Positions 42,519 to 54,572 of a stretch of DNA of 64,000 nt are shown one piece after another. The notes below the pieces were generated by a model, which searched no databases, had not been told where the DNA came from, and saw nothing but the letters and a program-made list of their open reading frames with translations. The DNA is from Lytechinus pictus. Taxonomy: Eukaryota. The position numbers and the translations under genes were made by a program. The first letter of the stretch is position 1; each line of letters starts with the position of its first letter. The stretch lies in NCBI RefSeq assembly GCF_037042905.1, contig NC_087251.1, positions 15,750,001-15,814,000 of the forward strand, in the 5' to 3' direction.

Positions 42519-45069
42519 TGTAAAAAATGAAGTGCTAATTTAGCACTTACAGTGCTTGTAAAGTGTAAAGTGACTGCACTACGAGTGCTGATTTTCTTGT
42601 TTAAATTTGAATATATATATATATCTATATATGTTTGTATGTGTGTGTGTGAGGCGTGAATATAATACCAATCGCTTTGATCATTGTTTATAATATATGT
42701 GAAGAGTAGAGTAGAATCAAGGATGAAGCAATGTACACTGATGTATGCACTATGTTGTAAAGCTTTCGGCCCTGGCCTTCTTCAGTTTTATTTTCACTTT
42801 AAGGTCAGGGCCAAAAGCTTTACAACATAGTGTATACTTTGCTTCATCCTTGATTCTACTCTACTCTTCACACACACACACACACAAATATATATATCTA
42901 TATATATATATATACATTACAATCTTTAAGTTCAAGTCTATTACGATTTTTTTTTCGAAGACTATATTGTAATGGATTTGTTGGGATATAAAGTAATGAA
43001 TTCATGGAATTACAGTTAATATAAATGCAAATGTTTAATAGTTAGAAGACAGAATGATTACCAAAATCGTCTTTCAAAGGCGGGTGTGTAATTATTGGAG
43101 AAATGCAGCGAGTGGGTGCTGTGAGCAAGCCTTGAAAAAGTTGCTTCAGTAGTTTAAAATTATGTGCATACATTTCAGAGGATAAAGGTGAATTATCAAT
43201 AAATTAAACTTTAGAAGAAAAGAAAAACTTATAAAGGGTAAATAAGTATTTAACAGCCTTTAATTGGTAAATTAAAACTCATTTGCTCACTGGCTAAAGG
43301 TGAGACAATAATGAAACAAAAGGATCATGCTTATCGGGATTAAGGGTGCTTTATAAAATGATTATAGGCCATCACGGCCATAATAAACTTCCCAAAGCCG
43401 CGTAGTAATGGCGCAAAGATGTTAATCAAAAGGACCATATTGTAGAAAGGAAATATTTGGAATAATCTTAAAGGAGAATGAAACTCTTGGAGCAAGTTAG
43501 CTTTTGTGAAAGCAGAAAAATCAAAGAATAAGATCAACAAAAGTTTGAGTAAAATAGGACTAGCAATAGAAGAGTTATGAGCATTTGAATGTCGAGATCA
43601 CTAATGCTATGGAGATCCTCATATTGGCAATGCAACCAAGATCTATGATGTCACAGATGAACAACTCTCCCCTTTTGGACACTGAAAATATACCCCAAAA
43701 CATCTCTTTTTGCTCATTCTTATCATATGATAAATGATTCATCAATGATATAATGTTGTGAAACCTCTGTACTTGTCCTCTCATAAAGAGAACACCTCAC
43801 CTTGTGATAGACTCTATAAAAGTGAGAATATAAGTGAAATAAGTACTAAAGTAATGAGGGAGTTGTACGTGTGTGACATCACAGATCTTGGTCGCATTGC
43901 CAATGGGAGGATCTACATGGCATTAGTGATCTCGACATTCAAATGCTCATAACTTTCTTATTATTCATTCAATCTTCCTCAAACTTTCAACAATATGTTT
44001 CTTTGATTTTTCTCTTCGATATGGATTCAGCTGGTTTCACGGGTTTCATTCTCCTTTAAAGATTATATCGGAAATCAAATGATGCAACATGCTAAATTTT
44101 GAACAAAATACATATTTGAAATATTTAATAGATTGTAATGGAATCAATGTTATTTAAAGTCTCCTATAAACGGATGAAATTGTAAATTGTGTGGGAAATA
44201 TTGCTGTCCTAACTTTCCCTGTGTTTCTTTAAAGGGATGGTCCAGGCTGAAGATATTTCTATCTCAATAAACAGAGTAAAATTCACAAAGCAAAATGCTG
44301 AAAATGTGATCAAAATCGGATAACAAATAGCGAAGTTTTGCATTATTTGCATTATTCCGGAGAAACAGTTCTTGGCATGTCTTTATGAATATTCATTAGG
44401 CCATGTTAGGTAGGCTGATGATGTCATATCCCCACTTGTTCTTTTGTATTTTGTTGGGGGATGATTCGTTCGTCCGCTATTTCCTTTATGTCTACCACTC
44501 TACTGTATGTAAGCGTAATTTTATATTCGATAATTTGTATAAAAGCAGTTTGAATAATGATTCTGCTCATACTTACAATGCGGCTGAATTTATATCCATC
44601 GATGTTATATACTGGGACCATGATCCAAACAAAGTTATCTAACATGCTGGTAACAGTATCATCACTGCCGTAGTTTGATACGAACTGACAGAGAAAAAAA
44701 GGTATAAGGTAGAGGGGAGGGAAATCAAATAGTTCGAGAATGTGAGAAATAAAGCAATAAAATAGATGTTAAAGAGTAATAATGAGTAAAAATGTAATAA
44801 GTTATGCAAACATGTATTTCCCCTAATTCAATATGTTCACTGATTTATTTGAACGCTATGTGACATAAAATTCGATATTATGTCTAACCCTTAACCTGTC
44901 GATGAATGACATAATAGAGAGAAAAGCCAAGAGTGTTGTCATAGAGAGAGCCTGCTTTGATATCAGCCATTTTATTCATAAAAAGTAGAATGAACTGGCG
45001 AAGGTACCCATCGAAAGGCAATTAATAAAATATTAACATGAACAGCAATAATTTATTTGTCACTTCTAA

Positions 45070-45101
<32 letters not shown>

Positions 45102-45668
45102 TGGGGAGGGGGAGAGAAACCATGAGTTTTCCGACCCTACAGTAAAGTATCATGATTAGTAGTTTTCATCATTGAAGAAGGGGGGTGTTCCTCACCAGTA
45201 GCGTACGCAGGATATTTGAAAGGGGGGGGGGGGGGTTCAAGCTGAATGAAATGTTGACCACAAACAAAAAATTGACAAGCAAACTCATGGGAGTATATAC
45301 TACATGGGGCGGGGAACAGTAATATTTCTTTAAAGGATAAACGAACGAAAACTTTTTGCATTCCACATTTATACGGGAGAAAGAGAGAAAGGTAGAGACG
45401 CAGACACGGACAATGCAGAGCGCCCGCCTCACGAACTTGATGGTATAGGTTCGAATCCCCCACCGAGTTATATGGACCCTTCCATCTTCTTGCAAAGAAC
45501 TTGGGTATTATACTAGATTAGAGAATATTGGCCTACTTGAAGACAAAGTGACAATTTTAGCTCAATGGCTCACGTGGGCAAATCATCATCATCATCATCA
45601 TCGTCGTCGTCGTCATCATCATCATCATAATCATCATCGTCATCATCTTCATCATCATCATCATCATT

Positions 45669-45699
<31 letters not shown>

Positions 45700-48600
45700 C
45701 TACCATAATTTATGTGGGTGTGTGTGTGGGGGGGGGGGTAAGATCTACAGAAAGCACATACCATATTGATGAGATTAATGACTGTAGCTGGGCTAACCCA
45801 TTCTCGGGCATGGATACCTCCCTGGATGTATGCTACGTTCGTGGCGGACGGTGACTTGGCGATCTGTTTGACAATATAAATAATGCAGGCAGCAATAACC
45901 TATAATGTACTAACTCTTGTAAATGGATAAACTAGAAGGGATGCCATATGATCGGAAATATTAAAGTCAGGCCTCTAAAAAAAGGGCAAGTGATGAAAAA
46001 ATTTGCTTGCCCGATAGAAAAAACTGCTTGCCTAATTTTTTTATAATTCTTCCCCTCTTGAATATTTTTTTATGATGATACTAACCACACTTGTTTTAAA
46101 GAAAAATTCTACCCCAACAAAAAGTTGATTTGAATAAAAAGAGAAAAATCAAACAAGCTAACACTGAAAATTTCATCAAAATCGGATGTAAAATAAGAAA
46201 GTTATGACATTTTAAAGCTTCGCTTAATTTCACAAAACGGTTATATACACATCCTGGTCGGTATGCAAATGAGGAGACTGATGACGTCATCCACTCACTA
46301 TTCCTTTTGTATTTTATTATATGAAATATGAAATCTTCTAATTTTCTCCTCATTGTCAAGTGAAACAATGATTAAATCCTCCCTGAATATGTGGAATTAG
46401 CATTGCTTTAATACTTTATGGTTGGTCCTTATTGTCAAAATCTGTAAAAAACGAAATATTGTTTAAGTCAGACAATAAAAACAAAAGAAGTGGGTGAGAG
46501 ACATCATCAACTCTCTCATTTGCATATCACTGAGTTATGTATATCACTGCTTTGTGAAAAATAAGCGAAACTTTATGTCATAACTTTCTTATTTTACATC
46601 AGATTTTGATGAAATTTTTCTCTATTTATTAAAATTTATCTGGGGTGGACTTGACCTTCAAAATAGCCCGTTGTTTCACAAACTTCAAATTCAAATTCAA
46701 CTTCTTCTGCTTCTCTTCTTTCATTTTCTCCGCATCAACCTTCTTCTTCTCCTCCTCCCTTTTCTTTTTTTTTCATAAATAGTTTTATTATTAATAATTA
46801 CTCCAATCGTTTAAGGACGTTATTAACAACATAATAGTCATAATCATCATTATTGATATTAACATCATGATAATAACCCCAACAATGAACGCCCTCGTCA
46901 AATACAAAACATACCCTGAGTCCGTAGACTCGTTCCCCTTCGTATGTGGTTGTGACCTGAACCATACTGACACCAGAATGAGAGGAAGAGAAGTCATTCA
47001 TCCAGGCAAAGATCTAAAGAAGAAAACATATAATGATATGTAAATGATAATCATAATGCAGATGATGATAATAGTAGCTTCTTGAGTTAAAACCGAGGTC
47101 TGCTTTTCGGCGCTCGTGACAACACATATAAAAACATGCAGAAAAACAGAGAAGGAACTGCTAATGTAAAACTGAATGATGGAAAATGAAAGTTCATGGC
47201 AAGTCAATAAATACAGATAATCTATTTTCTCTGTTTCATTGCAAAAAATATTTGAAAATCAAAATATACAATGGATGAGAGCATACGCCCCTAGCTCCCT
47301 CCCTCACGGACCCATCACTAAGCAACAATACAAAAACTGGCCGATATCTCCCTCCCATTCGTCAAGGGTTCGGTGTGTATTATTACCTTTTCATAAGTGT
47401 TGTATTTGTTGTAATCGAAGTTGGCAGCATTAACTTCGTTCTTAGAATTGATCATCTCAGCGGCCTCTCGGTCAATCATATCTTGGACATTAGAGATCTA
47501 GAGGAAAGTTTGAATGATATACCAATGCAGAAAGGAAGTCATTGCAAATCCAATTGAATATTGCTACAAATTATAGTTGAAAGTTTGTAAAAAAAAATAT
47601 CCGAAAGTAATAAACGTTTTATGAAAATTTGCTGCAAATCGTTGGAAAGTAGTTCAAAGTTACTGATTAGTTATCAAATTCATTAAAAAAAAAGTTACTG
47701 AAAGGCGTTGACAGTTACCGAATATAGTGGAAAGCTATCGAAAGCAATATAGTGAAAGTGTATGATGGAAGCTGAAAATTGTTGGAAATTCGAATTATTG
47801 AAAGTTGCTGGAAGGTATTTTGAGAGTTGCTAAGATTTACTGAAAAATGTAATCGATAGTAAACGGAAAATTAATCAAATTAATTAATCACTCTTTTTGT
47901 ATAATACTTCGGTCAAGACATCCAGCTGCTTGACCAAAACAATCTGTACGTACCAGTTAGTGAGAAGGAGAAATGTAGTGAATAAGAAACCAATAACATG
48001 TGAGAGCGTTGCAGTTGATAAACATAAAGTTTCCTGTTATACCTTTTTTGTATTTTTGTTTTATAACATGTTTTTTATTGTCTTTTCTCAAATCAAATAT
48101 ACAATAACAATATAAATCTCATAAGCAAATTCACGGGTGTGAGTGGTCACAAATTAAAAGATCTGAAAAAAGGTGAAGGGTGTTAAAAAGTCTGAAATAG
48201 AAAGAGCTACCATACTTTTTGTACAGAGATAAGCCAATAATAAGCTGAAATCAAGCTGAAAAACAAAACAAAACTGAAATCAGCTAAAAAGCTGAACTCT
48301 CACACCCCTGCAAATTATACAATCACTAACACAAGTATCACATAATTATACAACCGTTTAACGGTCATTGAGAATGAAAAAGTATAACATTATAATGATA
48401 ATGAAGAACATTGCAACTTGTCTCTAATACAGATTGAAATTCATAAAAATCTAAATGAGAGAAACAAAGATGAAAATTAAAGGTGGAGTACGTTCATCAT
48501 CCCCTCGAACCTTGACCCCTCCTCTATAAATCAAAATCTTGCTTGCTTTTTTCTTTTTCTTTTCCTTTTTGAAAAACTAAATTATAACTTCCTCATGTAT

Positions 48601-50633
48601 AAACATATAAATCAATTCTAATGATATACTATATAATAATTAGTTCATAAATAATCTAACTTTATTCTACTAGGGTAAAATATACAAGCCTGGCAAGCAA
48701 AAACAAAACTTTAACCCTTATTCATAATCTAAATGAAAGTATATAAAACATAATCTTGGCAGTTTAATTTTAATGATTGTATCTAAAACAAAGCTAAAAA
48801 ATAGCAAAGAAGCAAACATAAAAAACCCACAACAAAACACAGAAGCAAAACACAAAGCCCCTCCCAACCACATGGTATGTTTGTGCCCCCTGCCCTCTAC
48901 CCTTCCCCATACCCCCTCCCATGCCCTTCACCGTCGCAACATTCTCGTTATACTCGTGAGGAGCGCAGAGCCTTTTTTCTTTCTCTCTAAATGGTAAGAA
49001 TGAAATATATGTGTACAAATATTTATGAAATATATGCATACATGAAATGAAATATATACATACATACACTTATACATATACACACATAATTTAGCATTCA
49101 TGTATTTTTTTATATTTATTGTTATTATTATTTTTTATTGCACATCTTGCTCTCCCTAAACTCCTCCCAACATTCCTATTTTCCTAAGTGAAGGGGATAT
49201 TTTTTTCTATTAATGCCAATTTTCTTTCTTCAAATTCATCTTCTTCAAAATTACGTTTAAATTTATTCAAATCTATGTTTGATTTTTTTTCCACCATTGA
49301 AAACCAAATACTTCACAGGGATTATGAAATGATTAACCAATTTTTCTTTTCCTTAATCTACTAATCTTATCCCCAAAATATGTCTTGATTTAAGTATTGA
49401 ATAAAGTATTCATTACGTAAATGAATATATGAGCTATGTCTTATCATCATATAACAAAAAGTTGATGGAAAATTTTGAAAAAACTTTCGGAATTATTCCA
49501 AACTTTTTGAAAAGTTATTACCGAATTGTTCAATGCCATAGACAATTTGTATGAAAGGCTCCTTTAAAATGATTAATTATTATTATTTTGTTGCAAAAAG
49601 AGGGTTTCTCCATCCCCTCGTCATTAGTGATACATTTCAATGATTTTCCTCCAAGTAATGGTTAATGTGTTACCCAGGTTGTGATCTCCAGTCCAGGACG
49701 GCTGGCTGACCTAACGAAGTCCAGTTGTTGTGCGGGGGAAACCATGACATCGACAGGTCGTCCAACTTTCGTTGGGTGCTTCCAGAAATCAAGCTATATA
49801 AGAAGAGAAGAAGAGAAGAACAAGAGCAAATAAGGATAAAACGAAGAGGGGGGGGGGGGGGTAGAGGGTGGTCAAAAAAGAAAATATGTGACAAAAAGAG
49901 AGAAGCAAACTACAGATTAATACGTGTTGAAAGCAAGAAGAAAAATCAATAGGGAAGAAAAAAATAAAGCAAAATAATGTAGGTTAAGATGAGATAATAG
50001 GAAGGTGAATAGAATACATTAAAAAAAAAAGACAAAGAAAATCAAGTACTAAAGCGGAATAAGATCATTATAATGAAAATAAAAACATCGACACAAGTGA
50101 AAATATATTCTATTCATCCTTACCGTTTCCCATCTGTCGGCCACACCTTGCATCCATTTTAATTCATCTTGGGTCCGAGGAGTAATGCGAAATACCTTGT
50201 AGCTGGAAAGACATGGTAAAAGACATTGAAATAGAGTATAATAGTTATACTCTTCACTTGATTTGGTTTTCATCCTCGAATTGGGACACTCGTTAATGGC
50301 GATGTCGGCGATGATGTCGAGATGATGGTGATTTAGATGGACAGGAGAGAGATGATGATAATTGCGGTGGTGATGGTTGATACTGATGATAGCGACATGC
50401 GTTTTGGTGATATTGGTGGTCATAATAACGATGATGAATTAAGGTAAATGTTGAATAAGCAGTGAAATGATGATGTCAGAGATTGGTGGCACTGATGGAG
50501 ATGATAGTGGTGAACCCGATCAAGAGGACAATTAATTTTCTCCTTACCCATCGTATCGAACCTTGCCGTGGGCGCCAAATTGGCACGTGATAACTACCAC
50601 GAAAGCGAATCTGAGCAATTGAACAACCCCCAT
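37614..50633 (-). CDS. Gene C: M14A procarboxypeptidase, B-like (Glu at 255), 11 exons, ~424 aa
   Basis: Exons: 50633-50548, 50202-50124, 49793-49674, 47497-47387, 47013-46915, 45863-45762, 44684-44577, 41402-41312, 40665-40463, 38457-38373, 37804-37614 (1275 nt, in frame). [92 protein letters not shown]. The exon 9 acceptor is non-standard (see findings). Confidence 0.92.
38880..39170 (-). mobile_element. Degraded 3' end of a LINE ORF2 (I/Nimb-like C-terminal zinc knuckle)
   Basis: Translation ...[29 protein letters not shown] resembles the Cx2C...ETVEH..CP knuckle of LINE ORF2 C-termini. Confidence 0.5.
39203..39789. mobile_element. Copy of the AGGGAT..TCCGGGCTGA MITE family (gene C intron 9)
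   Basis: Homologous to 32543-33123; another partial copy at 44233-44460. Confidence 0.8.
41863..42480 (+). repeat. ~180-bp tandem repeat (about 3 units) within a CACTGGCGG-type element
   Basis: Repeated CATCTTTCAGTTAAAGGCCTATCACGA...AATATGC...GAAGACAAAAT...GGCAATGTATAC. Confidence 0.7.
42698..42872. mobile_element. Inverted duplication resembling a Penelope-like element pLTR remnant with a hammerhead-like core
   Basis: ~70-80-nt inverted arms between (TA)/(CA) tracts; minus strand CTGAAGA-AGGCCAGGGCC-GAAAGCTT at 42785-42760. Confidence 0.55.
43472..44055. mobile_element. TTAA-flanked palindromic MITE, family AGGAGAATGAAAC
   Basis: TTAA-AGGAGAATGAAAC...GTTTCATTCTCCT-TTAA with inverted internal arms. 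Confidence 0.82.
45411..45470 (+). mobile_element. Degenerate head of the tRNA-derived SINE
   Basis: CAATGCAGAGCGCCCGCCTCACGAAC...GGTTCGAATCCCCCACCGAGT aligns to 35188-35245. Confidence 0.5.
45582..45700 (+). repeat. (CAT)n microsatellite
   Basis: Direct inspection. Confidence 0.9.
46100..46657. mobile_element. Copy of the AGGTCAAGTCCACCC MITE family (gene C intron 5)
   Basis: Homologous to 24721-25329; ends GGGGTGGACTTGACCT. Confidence 0.8.
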
Positions 50634-50718
50634 GATTATGGAGTTCAGGAATCAGGAGTCGACTGAATGCAACTTGACCGAGGTGCTTACAGTTTGTGAT
50701 CCAAATGTCATCTGTGGG

Positions 50719-50726
50719 TATATATA
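50719..50726 (-). promoter_or_regulatory. Probable TATA box of gene C
   Basis: TATATATA ~90 nt upstream of ATG 50633, with GATA motifs (TTATCT at ~50746 and ~50822) further upstream. Confidence 0.55.
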
Positions 50727-51263
50727 GCGTTGGGTGACTATAATTTTATCTGAGAAAGGCGTTTGATTCATTCGATATTTTTAAGATGTATCGATATAAA
50801 AAGAACACTTGTGAATATGTCTTATCTCTGATGAGTCCTGATGTGAAGGATAATTTTTGCACACGTTCCTAAATATCAAAATCATATTTCCTCATGCACG
50901 CGCGTGAGGAGTGCTCTGAACATGAGATTATATTCAATTATAGGACCCTTGCTCTATATATGGTCCCTGGGAATGTACATTTATCATAGTTATGAGTTTA
51001 AATGAAAAATAATAAAATAAAATTGTAAATAGAATAGTTATCACTGTTAGTGGTTATACAATTTATGATTCCGATACTTTATTTTCAAAACAAATCTTAA
51101 ACACTGACTGGGAAATAATGTTGAATGAAATATAATAATATAAAATCTAGCCATTAATTTGATAGCCATTTAATTTCAGATCTTGTGTAAGCTGTTTGGA
51201 TTTTCAATTTAGATATGCAAAGTGCTTATTTTAGAATGATGTAGAATATTGGAATATAGTCTT

Positions 51264-52474
51264 CAGCGGCGTAACAGGGGTCGGTGGCATTGGGGGGGGG
51301 GGGGTTTGGGAGGGCAAGAGCCAATTATTTCCTGGTCATATTACGGTATGAACAGGCGTAATGGTGTAATAAGGCGACGATTTTGAGAGGGCCAGATATC
51401 ACGTATCGGGCAGAATTTATCTTTAAAAAAAATGTTGCGAGCGAGCGAAGCGAGCAAAATCTTGGACATTTTAATACAAAAATCCAATTTTGTGATAGAT
51501 TTTGACATGATATCCAGAAAATAATATATTTCACTTTTCTCTTTTTCCATTCATTTTTTGGTGGTCTGTACGCCACTGTGAACAGGATTATTTGTGGCCG
51601 TAGCGTGATAGAGTAAAAAAAACCGAGGGGCGCAGTATGACGCATGTGCTAAAAAGCTGCCGAATATAAGTCCCGAGCGAGCGAAGCGAGCGAGAAAAAA
51701 ATCACCTTTTCATGAGAATCTAACTTTGAGATATTTTTTGAAATTATATTTAGTAAATAAAATCATATCCTACATTTTTCCTTTGCTTTTCTTTCTTCCT
51801 TTTTTTCTTGGTTGTAGAAGTTTTGAGGACCATGGCCCAACCCTTTCATATTCATATACGGCAGTGCTATGGGGTTAGGGTCCGGGGCGGAGCCCCCGGA
51901 ACTTCTTGATATCACAGTCATTTAAACCTCGCAGATTGCCGCTATATTTAATCAAATTGCGGGTATGTACAGAATATAGCTTTTACATAACACATTTATT
52001 CAACCCAGTTGAACCAAATATTTTTAGGGGGCAAAACATAGCAATGTGGAAAAAACGTGCCTAATGAAATTAAACTCTGTGATAGATTTTTTCCATTATA
52101 TTAAGCAAATAACATGTCATTGTTTCCATTCATTTCATTATACGTTGTCTCCTATAATTTCTTTTATTTCCTCTTGAGTGTGGAACCAAGACCCCCCGCC
52201 TGTACGCATAGGTGGCGGAAGCGGGGGGACCTGTCCCCCCTAAATTTGAGGTGGGGGGCGCCATTGCCTGTACGCCACTGATTGAACGTAAAGCTTAATG
52301 TATGAAGGGTCCCTACAGGGGGGCGTTATACAGTAGAGCCAGTGGCGTACCTAGGATTTTCTACAGGGGGGGCAAAATCGGCCGCCCAAAAATTTGACAA
52401 GCAAAAAAAAAAAAAAAAAAAAAAAGGTCTTCAATAAAAAAAATTTTGTTTTCGTACCAGAAAAAAAATTGACA

Positions 52475-52514
<40 letters not shown>

Positions 52515-53210
52515 TCTTCTTCAAGCTCATCAGGGGGGGGGGGGGGGCAATAAAGGTCTTCAAGCTCGTCAGGGGGGCAGGTATATGTCTTTTGTATGGG
52601 TTGTGGCTCGTCAGGGGGGGGGGCAGAGTGCCCCCCCCGTAGGTACGCTAGTGAGTAGAGCCATTTAAAAGTTATAGATGAAGAACCCCAACTGCGTGGG
52701 GTCGATGGGGCGAAGCCCCGGTAGCTTATTTGCATAAAATTTAGCAAGCTTATAGCACAATTTTGTATGCAGTCCATCTTTCCTTCCGCTCTTTATTTTC
52801 AATCCTCGGCAGCCCGGTCGTGTTATTTATTTTTTTTTCTTGTCCCTTTTCTTTGTTTTCCAATTGAGCTTTTGTCTAATTCCATTCTACCTTCATTTCC
52901 CGCTATTGTTTGCCATTTTGTCATCTTTTGATTTATTTCCTATCATGCTATTGCATTACATAGGCCTATTTCGGAATGATTTGTTCTTTCTCAAATGTTC
53001 TCTATCGTTCCTTTTCCCGCTTTTCTTCCTTTTCCTTTTTCCTTTTTCGCTTCGTATTCTTTTCACTTTCCCTTTCCTTTTCCTCCTTTTCCCCTTTCCT
53101 TCTCCTTTCCCTTTCTTTCTCCCTCCCTTTTCTTTTTCCCGTTTTTTTGTTTTATTTTCCCGGTGAAATCCGCCAGGGGGGCAGCTTGCCCCCCGCCTGT
53201 TACGCCACTG
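51264..53210. mobile_element. Cluster of adjacent/nested CAGTGGCGTA-type MITEs upstream of gene C
   Basis: Multiple CAG(T/C)GGCGTA and TACGCCACTG ends (51264-51578, ~52279, 52340-52653, 53210), poly-G/poly-A tracts, GCGAGCGAAGCGAGC motifs. Confidence 0.7.
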
Positions 53211-53623
53211 ATAGTCTTATAAAACCGATCTGAATATCTCAAGATTCAATATCAATGGTATTTCTGGACAGTGAGATTCTGGGCCATTGTTTGAAGAAAA
53301 CGACACAATGATTTATCCTTCAAACGGCCGTGCGTTTTATTTTGATTATATTTCGGGGATTTGGGGGAGTGGACATAGAGTGTGTGATGAAGTGTAGATG
53401 AGTATGTGATGTTTCCCCCTTTTTTTCAGAGGCCGTGGAACGGTTTTAAAAATGGAAGGCTATGCAAAATGTGGGAGGGGGCGGAGGGGGTTACTTTAAT
53501 GACTGTATAGATAGTGCTACACACACCCTCTCTCACACAGACACTCATAACATGATGTATTCTTCTTCTTTATTTTACAGTATTTATAATAGCAGATATG
53601 AAGTATACACACACACACACATA

Positions 53624-53872
53624 TGTGACGAGTTAATAATACACGTAAGTCTGGAGGACAGACTAGAAAAAGGAGATCGCTATGTGAACAACGGACTTGT
53701 GAATCTGAATCGTCATGTGTACATTTTGTAAATAAACTGTTTTTAAACGATTTGACACGGCGTGGCTTGTTTGCTAATTCAGGAGTGTCTGAATGGAGAT
53801 TCAGGAGGTTTACGTTGGAGTTTGTCCAGGACAGGTAACAATAAGAGCTTGTCAGGACCAGCAAACGTAACA
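53624..53872 (+). repeat. 5' LTR
   Basis: 249 bp, TGTGACG...CGTAACA, contains AATAAA; identical to 60199-60447. Confidence 0.96.
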
Positions 53873-53873
53873 G

Positions 53874-53891
53874 TGGGGGCTTGTCCGTGAA
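53874..53891 (+). promoter_or_regulatory. Primer binding site, tRNA-Pro type
   Basis: TGGGGGCTTGTCCGTGA one base after the 5' LTR; close to the canonical tRNA-Pro PBS TGGGGGCTCGTCCGGGAT. Confidence 0.8.
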
Positions 53892-54572
53892 TCAATCCTC
53901 CGCCTAACAGTGGGGGCTTGGTGAGAGTCGACCCAGAACTCTCGGCGTAAGTTATATCGAAGTACCGTATACCGTATAATGCTAGCGCCGGCGCGACAAA
54001 GTCGCATGAACGTATTCGAAGAGTGCGCAATCGTATTCAACGTGAGGATTGTCATTAGACATTTGCATGGGTGTGTGTACACGTAGATGTAATGCCAGTG
54101 TGTGGATATCGCTGTCAGTGTGTTGTGTATGACGCTGTGTGGCCGCGCACAAGGTTGAGTATGGCGTGCCGTTTGTCCCTTAAGCAATTCCGTGTATTTC
54201 AGTGTGTCTCGCTGTGCGATGTGTTTTGTTCACGTAGAGTTGAATGAAATTTGGGTTGATGATATTTCAACTGGTTAACCATTTTTTAAGGGTTGCTGTG
54301 TCGGTTGATGGAAACTGACAGTGTCGACTGGAGTCAAGTTGACAGTGTGGTTGGAAAAATTTTCAACTGGGGTGACCGAGTCAGGTTACCGTTTCTGTAG
54401 GTTGAGGTCATATCTACAGGGTCAGCCAGGTCAGGTTGGCATTTTTTTCTGTGGTTGATATAATTTTCAACTGTGATAACCGTATTGGTTATTGTCTTGG
54501 CTAAGAATTAAAGGTTTTCTTTAGCTGTTTCTAGTCTTTTCAGCGTTAAAGATTAGGGGTCTTTTGTTGACC

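Noticed and set aside
50828..50855. Hammerhead-like CTGATGA-GTCC...GGAT
   Set aside because: The required GAAA is missing (GGATAATT); it lies in promoter sequence.
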